A stretch of 64,000 nucleotides of DNA from Psammoneis japonica (lineage: Eukaryota): NCBI GenBank assembly GCA_008632985.1, contig QPGO01000183.1, positions 62,001 to 126,000 of the forward strand, read 5' to 3'. This document shows positions 38,899 through 50,446 of the stretch, in pieces. The notes under the pieces were generated by a model. It was not told where the DNA came from and did not search any database. It was given only the letters and a program-made list of their open reading frames with translations. Positions within the stretch are counted from its first letter, which is position 1. Each line of letters opens with the position of its first letter. A program made the translations under genes and the position numbers.

Positions 38899-39975
38899 TC
38901 AGGCATCCGAATCTTCGGAATCACTTAAGTTGAGGTCGCGGAAGTGACTGAGCTCCTCCTCGCAGGCCTTGCGCTTTTTCTGAGCGTTGGCAAAGCACTC
39001 CTCGACCTTCGATCCGATGAGAGCATTGACATCTTCCTCATTCCGAGGTTTTGCATTGGGCTTGCCGCCTCCGTTGTTGGAATGTCCAGTCTTGGCACAT
39101 TTCACGTGGTGCTTGAGCTGACGGCAATCTTCTGCATCATGTCCACAGTTGGTCCCGTGTGGCATGCACAACTTCTGGGCATTCCGCTGGGTCGTGATCA
39201 ACAGCTCAGGATTGTCCATTCTACATCCCCGCTTGCGTGGAACCTTGGCATGTTGGTCCTGGTTACCTTCGGCAAGCTCGACCTGCTTGATGCGCTCGCA
39301 GAACTGTGCAAATTCGGCGACAGCATGCGCCAACGGGTCAAAATTCTGCAGCGTCATGAACTTCTGCCATGCGCTCGGCACACCGCACTCGAACATGTCA
39401 CACAGCTCGTCATCAGGTGATGGTGCCGGTGTTTCTCCATCCTCCGTCACGGGTGGAAACTGAGAGATGCAGCCGTTAATTTCAACAGCCCTCGCCACGC
39501 AGTCACGAGTGGAAACCTCTGCGGGCTTGCGCACGAAGCGCCGCAGACAACGCTTCTGCAGCAGCACAGCCCTGTTTGGGAAGACACTTTCCTTTAGCTT
39601 CGCGACGCATGCTGCATGTGTGGCGTTGGTTTGGGATGCCTGCTTGTCAGCGGCATTGTCAAATGATGTCAGAGCATCGCCCTGCAGTGAGTCATGCACA
39701 AGGGCAAATTTCGCTGGCCCGGTGGTGATGTTTTGTCCTTCGTGCACGTGATCCACGTTGCGCAAAAAGATTGGGAGTGTCTCGCATGCAGCCGTGGAAA
39801 GGTGCGGGATGCCCATCTCGTGCATTGGACTGTCCGGATCAGCGGGGTTGTCGCGCAGCTTGAGCGTCTGGTGCTCGCCCTGCTGCAGCTCTTTCTTCTC
39901 CGGCCGTGCGAACGGAATCGGCGGCTCGGCCCGCTTCTTCATGGTCGTTTTGAGATTTGTCGGTCCCACCAACAT
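38899..39975 (-). pseudogene. Gypsy gag
   Basis: 358-aa Tyr-free ORF with R.LRRFVRKP and a C-terminal CxxH...H...C knuckle, upstream of pol. Confidence 0.8.
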
Positions 39976-40036
39976 TTCGCAGTTTCGTTTCTGTGGATTT
40001 CATCACCTCGCACAATGTGCGGGAGCAATGTCGCTG

Positions 40037-40468
40037 TGCCCTGCGCATGCACCAGGCGCTGAAAAAGAAGATGTGTCACGACTTTGTCGTTGTGAAAATT
40101 GTGAGCCAGTTTGGAGCAGAGAAAATGGGATCGTGCGAATGGGGAATCTTGCCAAATCCCCATTCGCTCGCATTTGGATCACATTGAATCGATCGTGCGC
40201 TCGCATTGTGGATCGTGAGAATCAAGCCATCACGCGCCATGCACAAGTGATGTCATCGTGTGGAATCACGCTGCCATCGTGGGCCAGACGACGGGCCAGT
40301 GTGCCCCACACGGATGCTCTCTTAGCATCCTTCTGGAATTGCCTGAGACCTGGAGCCACGCCCTCCTGTGGTCGTGCTTCCCAGGTGCGTGTTGACAGTG
40401 CTGCGTTGCCACGTGCAGGAGGCTTGTGCACGGTCTCGCCGTGTTGTCCAGTGGCAAGGCATGCTGCA
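40037..40468 (-). repeat. 5' LTR of Gypsy copy 1
   Basis: 432 bp, matches the other three LTRs. Confidence 0.95.
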
Positions 40469-40999
40469 TGTGTGACGCCAGCGCTCATGATGTTGTGTGC
40501 AATCATGACAAGGTCCAGGAAGGGCATTGTCAGAGTTGGCCAGTCAAAACTGCGAACATGATTTGCAACGGCACTGTCAAAACAGTGGTGAATCTCCCGA
40601 GTGATGCAAAGGACTTTGTGTTCATTCAATTGGAGTTTGAGGAATTGAAAAGTTTTTCTGTCAAGAGTCTGATCGAACTTTTGCTGGCTGACAGTGAGGT
40701 GTCAAAGAGGTTGACTCTGGCTGTGGGTGCCCGGGGTGTGAGAATTTTGTCTCATCTGTTGGATGCCACAATTGAGCCACAAAACAGAATGGGGATGCTG
40801 TGCAAACAAATTCTTCTGTCACTGCACTCTGCCAGTGCACCTGCGACTGAGCTCACAGGAGCAACAACAAAGCAGTTGCTCCCATGGTGATGTTGTTCTG
40901 AACAGAATCTGGATCATCCACGCAGAGGTGCTGGCATTTGGGCAGGCTGCATTTCTTGAAAAAGAGTTTTGCATTCTGATGGGTCATGTCATGTGGGGC

Positions 41000-41900
41000 T
41001 AAACAGCGAGCACAAAACAAACCACATTCGCGACCAAAGCCGCAGTGCTTCATTCCAGGCTTGCAGACACTGAACACCAGCTCATTTGGAGAGAACTGGG
41101 GAAGTGCATTGCAGTGCAGACAAGCACACCATTTGAGCCATGGATGGTTGCACTGTCCATGATTGCAGTGAAGTGTGGTTCATCAAGGTCACACCATCCA
41201 AGGACAGGCACAAGCATTTTCTCAACACACCACTGTTCGAAGCAGGCCATGTCCACAGCATTGTGGGTGGGATCTTTGTCACAGGATGACTCAATCACAA
41301 AACCATTTGCATCACAAGCAGCAATCAGCATGAATCGTTTCCGAAAGTCTTCCTTGAAGAACACGTCCATGACAGGAGTCAATCCCCTGGAACTCCATGA
41401 AAGCCCGCACCGCGCTTCGTTGGCCGGCTTGTGGCTGTTTCAACTGCAAAAATGAACTGATGTGGGTCATTCACGGCATCTTGAAGACGAGGTTGGCAAT
41501 TGTCCATCTCAATTTGCAGCTGTTGCTTGGCACGGAAGACGGCCACTTGAAGGGAGTGACCCAGTTTCTTGAGCCAATGCCAACAAAGTGCTGCAATGCC
41601 GCAATTTGTTGCACTCACAACATGACATGATGGCTTGCATCTCATCCAGATGGAGCTGAAGAAACACAGCAATGATCTTTTTCAAACAAACATCATCTGC
41701 TTTGTTGGAAGACAAGCCCCACTGACCCTTGCCGCGGTTTCTCCTCTTGCCTTCGGCCGGTGTCTCTCCAAATTGAAGATGTCGTTGAAACTCTTCTTGA
41801 CATTTTATTGCATTGCCTCCCACTCTTGCACCCACAATTCAAAGCTTTGTGGCCTGCAATCTTGAGTGCCTTGTTGATTGCCTCGTGCTGGATGTTGCGG
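41000..41900 (-). pseudogene. IS630/Tc1-family DDE transposase remnant, TpA-erased
   Basis: LHLDEMQA, WLKKLGHS, QFIFAVET (cf. FxDET), RFMLIAACDANGF and FEQWCVEKMLVPVLG...IMDSATIH (cf. MDNAxIH), spread across frameshifted ORFs. Confidence 0.7.
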
Positions 41901-42911
41901 TCATCAATGACGCCGCCGCCACCTCGGGTGTGCTCCCCACGCTGGCAGTGGAAGCCTGACAAAGGAAATGCACCTTCCACATGCTCAAGATCCGGTCACT
42001 GGCTTCCAATGCTCCCACCACCTTGGTTGATTGGCGCATCACCACAACAGCTGAGAAAGGCAGGAAAGGAGTCGATGCATGCTGCAGTTGGCGCGAAAGA
42101 TCCTTGCTCTTGACAGACCCGACCAAAGGCACATCCAAGAGAGAATGATCTTTTTGCAATTGTGAAAAGGACATTAGATCAAAAGAATGTTGAGCAAAGA
42201 GATGAAATGAACAAATGACATCAAAGCATGGGTCAGCGACAATCACAAATGGCTGGTGCAAGACCACGCCAGTGCACAGCCGACATTTCTCACCACAAAT
42301 CACATGGAAAATGTGCCCAAGGCAAGGGACACTTTTTGCATCTATGATGAAGAGACAAAACCAAAGGCAAGCAACAGAGGAGGTGCATTGGATGAATGCA
42401 CATCAAAGCATGGGTCGTGTCAACTCCATGTTTTTGGGTGTTTCTTGTCGATGCGAGAGAACGATGATGTTTCTCGACACACAGCCCACACCCACATCAC
42501 ACACCCCATGGCATGGGACACCACCTTTCGTGACCATGGTGAGTTGACACCAGCAATGGGCATCATCAGATGAGGTGAAAGGAAAACAAAGATCAAAGCA
42601 TGGGTTTTGCCTCTCAGAAATGGCTGACAACAGCAAAAAGACCCACGTTTTGATGTCTGCACAACCACAACTCCGTTTCTCGCCAAACCAAGGGCCTCAC
42701 CTGACAATCAGACCTCACAAAAGCAATGTCCACGTCGAACAAACACGATGAAGAACAGCTCAAACAAGGCCGAGCATCGGTCGGTGCTGCGTCATCAAAA
42801 AACAAAAAATCACGCTCCGGAAATAAAAGCGCTCGCATGCATGGTGTGGTTGAACTAGCGAATCGCTCGACTGCATTGACTCAATCGACTTCATCTTCTT
42901 CGACGCATGCA

Positions 42912-43108
42912 ACGTCACCCTTGCTTCGAAGAACAGAACTGAAATAGATCGTGACGTCGATGTATCGTCGAACGGCAGTACAAAAATGCGTGGAAACTAC
43001 GTAGAAGTATGCCAACGTCATATTGACGTTCTATTTCACGTCATGCTTACGCCTATACTCAGCGCGTAGAAATCAACGAGAAAAAGTGACGTCGGCGTAA
43101 CAACGTCA
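42912..43108. promoter_or_regulatory. Cluster of seven TGACGT/ACGTCA (bZIP-type) motifs upstream of the P-type ATPase
   Basis: Motifs at 42912, 42952, 43015, 43024, 43038, 43087 and 43103. Confidence 0.55.
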
Positions 43109-43208
43109 TCGTCCCGCAAAGCAACTTTTCTCCCTCCAACCCGCTATCGTCTCATTTTTTGTTCGACCCGCAATCTTATCAATACAGTAGAGAGAAACGG
43201 ATCGAACC

Positions 43209-46200
43209 ATGAGCGACGTCGAAAAAGGCTCCAAGAAGGGAGGCACTGTCGAGGACAGGCCTCCAGCTCCCGCATGGCACGTCATGACCGCTGAGGCTAC
43301 CATCAAGGAACTCAAGTGCGACGAGAACCTTCGCGATGTTGGATTGACCGCCGCTCAAGCCGCCCAGCGCCTCGAGGAGTATGGTCCCAACAAGTTGACG
43401 GAAGCCCGCAAGAAGACCCTTCTTGAGCGTATTTGGGCTCAGATTGCCAACGTTTTGGTGTTGATCCTTGTTATTGTAGCTGTGGTGTCTGCCGCTCGTG
43501 CCATCACTGCCGACAATGGTGACGACAAGGTCACCAACTGGATTCAAGTCGGTATCATTGTTGGTGTGATCTCCGTCAACACATGGATTGGTATCGTTCA
43601 AGAAGGATCCGCTGAAGAAGCCGCTGAGGCCCTCAAGTCCATGCTGTCAAGTGATGCCCGTGTCCTTCGTGACGGACAAGAGAAGATGCTTCCTGCTGAA
43701 GAGCTTGTTCCCGGAGATATTGTCATGCTTGGTCTTGGAGACAAGGTCCCATGTGATATGCGTATTATCTCCTCAGCCAACCTTGCCTGCCAAGAAGCCG
43801 CTCTCACTGGAGAGTCCGTTCCCATTGATAAGAGCGTGGAGCCCATCCCAATGCCCGAGAGTGGTGATCCTTCCCAGACTCCTCTTGGAGATCGTCAGAA
43901 CATGACCTTCAGTGCCACGCTTGTTGCCCAGGGTAGTGGTGTCGGTATTGCCATTGCTACCGGTGACAATACCCAGATTGGTACCATTAACGCCCTTGTG
44001 AGCCAAGTCGAAGAGAAGAAGACGGCCGTTTTGGAGCAGATTGATACTGTGTCCAAGTGGCTCGCCTTTTTCATTGTGCTCTGCGCCATTGTGACCTTCC
44101 TTATCGCATTCTTGAGCACTGGAGAGAGCGCTATTGATGCCGTTGCCATTGCTCTTGTTGCCGCCGTTGCCATGATTCCCGAGGGTCTCGAGGCCATTGT
44201 CACCGTAGTCTACGCTTACGCTGTGTCCAACATGGCCGACCACAACGCCATTGTTCGTGCTCTTCCCGCTGTCGAGACGTTGGGCAGTGTTACCGTTATC
44301 TGTTCCGACAAGACCGGTACGCTCACCAAGAACGAAATGTCCCTCACCGCCTTTGTCACGGCCGACTCCCGCTGGAAGGTGGATGTCCACAGCAAGGATC
44401 GCGTCACCTCTAACTTTGTCCGCGACGACAAGTACTTGTCTGAGCGTGCCAACCATCAGATGAACCGCAAGACCAAGGACGTTGTCGCCGATGGACCCAT
44501 GGGTGGCAAGAAGAAGCGCGGCAAGAAGGACTCCTCCTTCCACTTTGCCGCTGATACTCTTACCGACAGCAACGTGTCTACGCACCAGTCCGCCCACAAC
44601 ACCGCCGCACTTGATGACGATGCCAACGCTGAACATCAAGGCGAGTCCCCTAGCGTTGAGTACGTCAAGTCCGTCCTATCCGGTGGTATCTTGTGCTCCA
44701 AGTGTGTGTTGGGTGAAAACGGAACTCGCGAAGGCGAGATTGGTAACCCCACCGAGCTCTCCATTCTTCGTGCTGCTTACTTTACCGGTATCGAGATTGA
44801 AGACATGAAGAAGGCTGCTCCCATTGCCGCTGAAGTGCCTTTCTCGAGTGAATACAAGTTCATGGCTACCGTCCACCCCCCGGTTGAGGAAGTTGACGGC
44901 AACGGTTTCGATAACAAGTACGTTGTGCACGTCAAGGGTGCTCCTGACCGCATGATCCCTCTTTGCAAGTACCAATCCAAGGGTGGCAAGTTCACCGGTG
45001 ACGGCATCGAAGCTCTTGACAAGAAGTTCTGGAATGAACAGATTGCTATCCTCAGTTCTCACGGTCTTCGTGTTTTGGCGTTGTGCCGTGGATCCATCGA
45101 CACCAGCGAAGTCAGTCAGGGCGAGCAACTTGGTCCCGAGTTTGTCAATGAACGTGGAGAACCCTGGTTGACCATGGTTGGTCTCTGTGCCATCATGGAT
45201 CCTCCTCGTCAAGAGTGTGTTGCCGCCATTTCTGAAGCCCACGGTGCCGGTGTCCGTGTTGCCATGATTACCGGTGACCACAAGGATACCGCTGTTGCTA
45301 TTGGACACATGTTGGGTATTGTCGACGAGAAATACAGCGAGGCTGTGACTGGACCCGAGATGGATGCCATGGACGACGACGAGCTCCGTAAGGCTGTCAT
45401 GGCCCACAACGTGTTTGCTCGTGCTTCCCCTCAGAACAAGATCCGTATTGTGAAGGCCCTCCAAGCCGAAGGACAGGTTGCCAGTATGACTGGAGATGGA
45501 GTCAATGACGCGTGAGTGCTTCGACTTCTTTTTTTTTCTCTTGAATCCTTTTCTCTTGGGCTTCACTCTCACACTATTGTTCCATTGTTTCGTAATTATA
45601 TCTTTTCAGTCCTGCACTCAAGGCCGCCGACATGGGTGTTGCCATGGGTAAAGAGGGAACCGATGTAGCTCGTGAAGCTTCCGAGATGATTCTTGCTGAC
45701 GATAACTTTGCCACTATCGTTACCGCCGTTCGTGAGGGCCGTACTGTGTGGGATAACCTCCGTAAGGTGTTGTTGGTGAACACTCCCATCAACAACTCTC
45801 AGGGTCTCTCCGTTCTGTTTGGTTTTGCTTTCGGCCTTGAAGATACCCCGTTGACCGCCATTCAGGTGTTGTACTCCAACTTGATCTGCGCCGTGACTCT
45901 TGGATTTGTGTGCGCCGTCGAGCCTGCCGAAGATGGTATCATGAACATCCCTCCTCGCCGTGTTGGAAAACGCCTCATTGGACGCTACCTCTTCCTCCGT
46001 ATCGCTCTTGGAACCATTGCGTTGACCGCTGCAGTCGTTGGATCGTCCTTTTGGGCTCGCTCTCTTGACTACACTCTTGAGGAACAGCGTGCTCAAGCCT
46101 TCAACACATTGGACTTTGGTGCCATTGCCATCACTGCAAGTGCTCGTTTCACTTACAACAGTTCCATCCACCCCCGTATTTTCAAGGGCAACATGTCTCT

Positions 46201-46510
46201 GTGGTATTCCGCCATTATTGTCATTGTGCTCCAGCTCTTCACAACCTACACCCCCGGTTTGAACGACACCATCTTTGGCATGTCCGGTATGGACGGAACC
46301 CAGTGGGGTATTACCATTTTGATGATGGTTTCCGTCTTTTTGATCATGGAGGCCGAGAAAGCGCTCCGCCGTCGCCTCAAGGCCCAGGGTTCGGATACGG
46401 ACGATCGCGAGGAGTGGATCTTTGATGAGCATGTTGAGCCTGCCCCGCAGGGCACCAAGCTTCTTCCAAAGGGAGCTTCCAAGCTCAACTTGGCTGAATT
46501 GGACCGATAG
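43209..46510 (+). CDS. P-type (type II) cation-transporting ATPase, 2 exons
   Basis: [50 protein letters not shown] motifs; intron 45512-45610; strong codon bias. Confidence 0.96.
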
Positions 46511-49500
46511 AGTCCAGTTTGCGTATATGCTTTCAACGCCGCTGTCAGCCTGGGGACGAAGCATCCTATCTGTCTCCAAGTATATGTGTATATGTGTGTT
46601 GGTGTGCTTGTCGCCATGATATTCAGAGAAGGAATAGGTATTGACGATGCTGTAAATAATAATCAAGCTTGAAGTATGTGAAGTATGTTCAAATCAATAG
46701 CGTTTCATTTGTTTACTTCATGAGGTATCATATGAGTCGTAGACCGTTCGCTCCTAGCTTATATCCCTCACGATGTTGTCAAGCAGGAACTTGGCTTAAG
46801 CTCTAGCTGCTGGGCTTTTAAGCAAAACAAACCGGAACATAGTTAAAAGTTTGAAAGAGTTCTACTATCTTTTTGCAGGGCGATGATAACGAGAACGTTT
46901 GACCTTAGTTGTAATGGCAGTAAAAAAGTTGCAGGACGATAACACGTCGGAAGCACAGCAGTTCAAATCATCACCTTGCGCATGTGCCAGGAGCTCTGGC
47001 CAGCTTTGGCTTGAGGGTGGGATCTTCACATCTTGGGGTTGGGCAGTGCAGCCAGTTTGCTTGCACTTGTGCTCCTGCGTCACATCTGCAAGGATGAGGC
47101 GACTCTTGTGGGTGCTGGGCTGGTGTTCTGAAGGTCTGGGTGCACCCCTGGGATGCTGAGGAAGGGCTCAGCATTGTGCTGTCAGCTGGTCTGTGGGAGG
47201 GAGGGGGCGGAAGCAGGCAGAAAAGTTTTGCTTGAGCCATTTTGTCACAGTGGTCAGAATGCATGTGGCCTGACTCTGAGGACTTTTTTGATGGAAGCTG
47301 AGCAGCCATTGCAAGAGAAGATGATTGTGGCTGAGCATCTTGTGGACAAACAAGCCCTGGGTTCCAGCAAGCAGAATGCTCCAAAGGCAGCACATTGTGT
47401 GTGCGCTCATGTGCCAACAAGCTTCTAGCTGTGAGTCACAAAAAAGCCACCAAACTCCCAACCAGTTGCAGAGCCGCCAAATCATGAATGCACAGCAAGT
47501 CTTTGGTGCACTGTTCTCACTTCTGTTGAGTGTGGATTGAAAGCTGGGTGCAAATTTGAGATGAGTTGACTCATTCTGCATCTCTGCACCACAAACAAGG
47601 TGTCCATCATCCACTTTGATGGGATGCCAATGCAGAAATCTTGAAATCAGCATTGTTGCAAGCACTGGACAGAGAGAGAGAAACCCAGTCAAAATCATTT
47701 CAAAATGAACATCACAACGCTGCAGTTGATTGGCACAGAAATGAGTTGATGATTTTTCACTTGACACCCTGTTTTGCTTGTTTGATTTCACTTGTGCCCA
47801 AACTCCTTTGCGTGAGCAAAAATGTCACTCAAGGCTCATCCCCACCCACCATTTGGCTTCATTCACTTCAAAGTCAAAAACAACGATGGGGTGTGAGGTT
47901 TGCCCTCAACCGGCCACCAACACAAAAATTTTGTTTGCGCATGTGGTGACAAATCAGAGCAGTGGTCACTGCCACCAAAAACACCTCTCTCGGTGTGGTG
48001 AGCTGCACTGCTTTGGTGATCCATTCTCAGATCCAGGCAGTTGGAGCAAGTTCACCACACTTCTTGTCCCGCCCATCATTTGTGAAGAAGCTGAAGAAAT
48101 GAAAAGCATGATCAGACTTCAGCAGCAGAGCTCTTTTTTGTCCATTCTGCAGACATGATGCCAGCCAGGCACTGCAATTGTGGCCCACGGTGGGAGCTTG
48201 TGCCTGCTGCCTGGTGTTCAGACCTGTGCTCTTTTGTCTGCATGCTTTCATTTTGTGGTCATTGTCAATCTCATGCAGTGGAAAATGACTGGTGCCAAGC
48301 CCTTTTGGTTCATTCACTCAGCACTCTTCTTGGCATTTTTTGTTTTCATGTGCAAAATTTCCGCACAAGCTTCAGCGCTGACTCCACATGCTCTGGTGCA
48401 AGTCATGTCAGATGGACAGATTGTCAAACTGTCAACTGCTCTCTCTCCACACCTGTCAGGCATCAGCACAACCCCCCTTCTCCCTGCTGTTGTCCATTTG
48501 AGTTTTCTGCTTTACACTGCAAACAATCTTCTGTTGTTGCTGTTTTCAGAAGTTTGAAGATGAGGCCAGCTCTTCACCAGTGTGCATTGGCCATTCTCCC
48601 ATGTGACAACAAGTCCGCTGAAGTTTCAGTGCATCTCCTGCATGTCTTGAAGGTCATTTCAGACAACTGACTTGCCAAACTGCCAACCACTCTTGGTCCA
48701 TGCCTCTCTGGCATCAACAACTCCCCTTCTGTCTGTTGTCTGTTTGAGCAGTTCTCTGTCCTCCATTGAAGCTGCTCCCAGAAGTGTGAGTTTGAGTCCA
48801 GCTCAGCATGAGTTGGTGGTCCATTTGTGCCCCACTCTTTCTCATGGCGAAACTCTTCCAAACTGCCTGTTTTGCCTTTGCTGCCAGAACTGATCCCAGG
48901 AAAAAGGCCCAGTTGTGAAGCATTGAGTGCCTTGCTTTTGAAATCTCATTGTGCTGGTCCTGTTTTGTTGCTGTTGGCTGCTTCTGGTGGGAGCCACAGC
49001 CTTGTGGCACCAACTTTGACCAATTGTCACACATCCCTGCTGCATCACATGATGCGCTGGGGGTGTGAGCTGGCTTGTTGCTGGAGTTGCAGGGTGGAAG
49101 CACAGCAGCACTTTAAATGCAGAATTTGGGTTTTGTTTGTTTTGTCTTGAACTGGCTGTTGACCAATGCTTGCTCAAGACTCAAGAGCCTTGGTGGCAGC
49201 AGCTGTGCCGCCCTTGCACTTCTTTTCTTGTTGCAAGGCCTGAAGACACACAGGCAAGATCAAATGTGACAGGTTCAACACAGCTTTCACAACACCTGCA
49301 GTGTTTGGTTCCTTGATGGATCTGCCATCATGCAATGAAGCTTGGTCAATGCAGCTCGTCATCAACACCATGGCAGGAGAAACACCGGGAAATGGATTTG
49401 ATTCAGCCAATGAACCCTTGAGTGCATCATCCAACACAACCTTGGCAGACACATGTTGCTTGCAATGAAGAAGAGCTTCTCGCCAATGTCAAGGCAACAC

Positions 49501-50446
49501 CAGCAGATTGACCTTTTGTCTGCAGTCAAACTGTCACTCCCTGACCCCACCACATCAAGGGCAACCTTGACTTGATTGAGGCACTCCATTTGGCTCTTTT
49601 GATTGGAACAAGGAAAAGGACTCAGAGCACCATTCTTGTGGAACTTTTCAACAGACTCCATGGCATCAGGGAAGGAAAGTTGAGCAACAAGCAGTGGAGA
49701 TGAAGAAGAGGGATCGTCAAAGGATGGGAGTGATTCAGAAAAGGAAAAGAGCTGACAAACAACTGCGCCAACATGTGCCGCTCCTGCTCTTCTCAGCCCA
49801 AGGGTGCAAGCACTCCAGCAGCTCAGTCCAAACCCTTTTGAAAGTTGATGCTTCCATGGAAGACTTGTTGTCAAGCAGTTTTGGATGCATTGAACCCAAC
49901 TCTTCATGCTTGTTGCAAGCAAGCTTTTGTGTGTTTTTGTCTGGACTGCTTGGTCTTGTTGGTCATCTTACAAAGCTGCTTGGAAGGACTGTCAATTGCA
50001 TGCAACCATGCTGCCAACAACAAGGAGGAGACACTTTGAGACTTGCATTTCAGATTCTTTGCCCCATGCATGCACCAGGCGCTGAAAAAGAAGATGTGTT
50101 GCGACTTTGTCGTTGTGAAAATTGTGAGCTAGTTTAGAGCAGAGAAAATGGGATCGTGCGAACAGGGAATCTTGCCAAATCCCCATTCGCTCGCATTTGG
50201 ATCGCATTGAATCGATCGTGCGTTCGCATTGTGGATCGTGCGAATCAAGCCATCATGCGCCATGCACGAGTGATGTCATCGTGTGGAATCACGCTGCCAT
50301 CGTGGGCCAGATGACGGGCTGGTGTGCTTCACATGGATGCTCTCTTGGCATCCTTCTGGAATTGCCCAAGACCCAGAGCCACGCCCTCCTGTGGTCGTGC
50401 TTCCCAGGTGCGTGTTGACAACACTGCGTTGCCATGCACAAGAGGC

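Larger units (their letters stand above)
35369..40468 (-). mobile_element. Ty3/Gypsy LTR retrotransposon, copy 1 (5100 bp)
   Basis: 432-bp TG...CA LTRs, TSD TGTG (35365-68 / 40469-72), purine tract at 35801-10, domain order gag-PR-RT-RH-INT. About 200 bp deleted at the integrase C-terminus relative to copy 2. Confidence 0.96.

Noticed and set aside
43209..46510. Low TpA in the ATPase CDS as mutator activity
   Set aside because: Explained by codon bias. TAC, TAT and ggtatc-type sites remain throughout.
43773..46666. Long antisense ORFs opposite the ATPase
   Set aside because: Shadow ORFs caused by biased codon usage.
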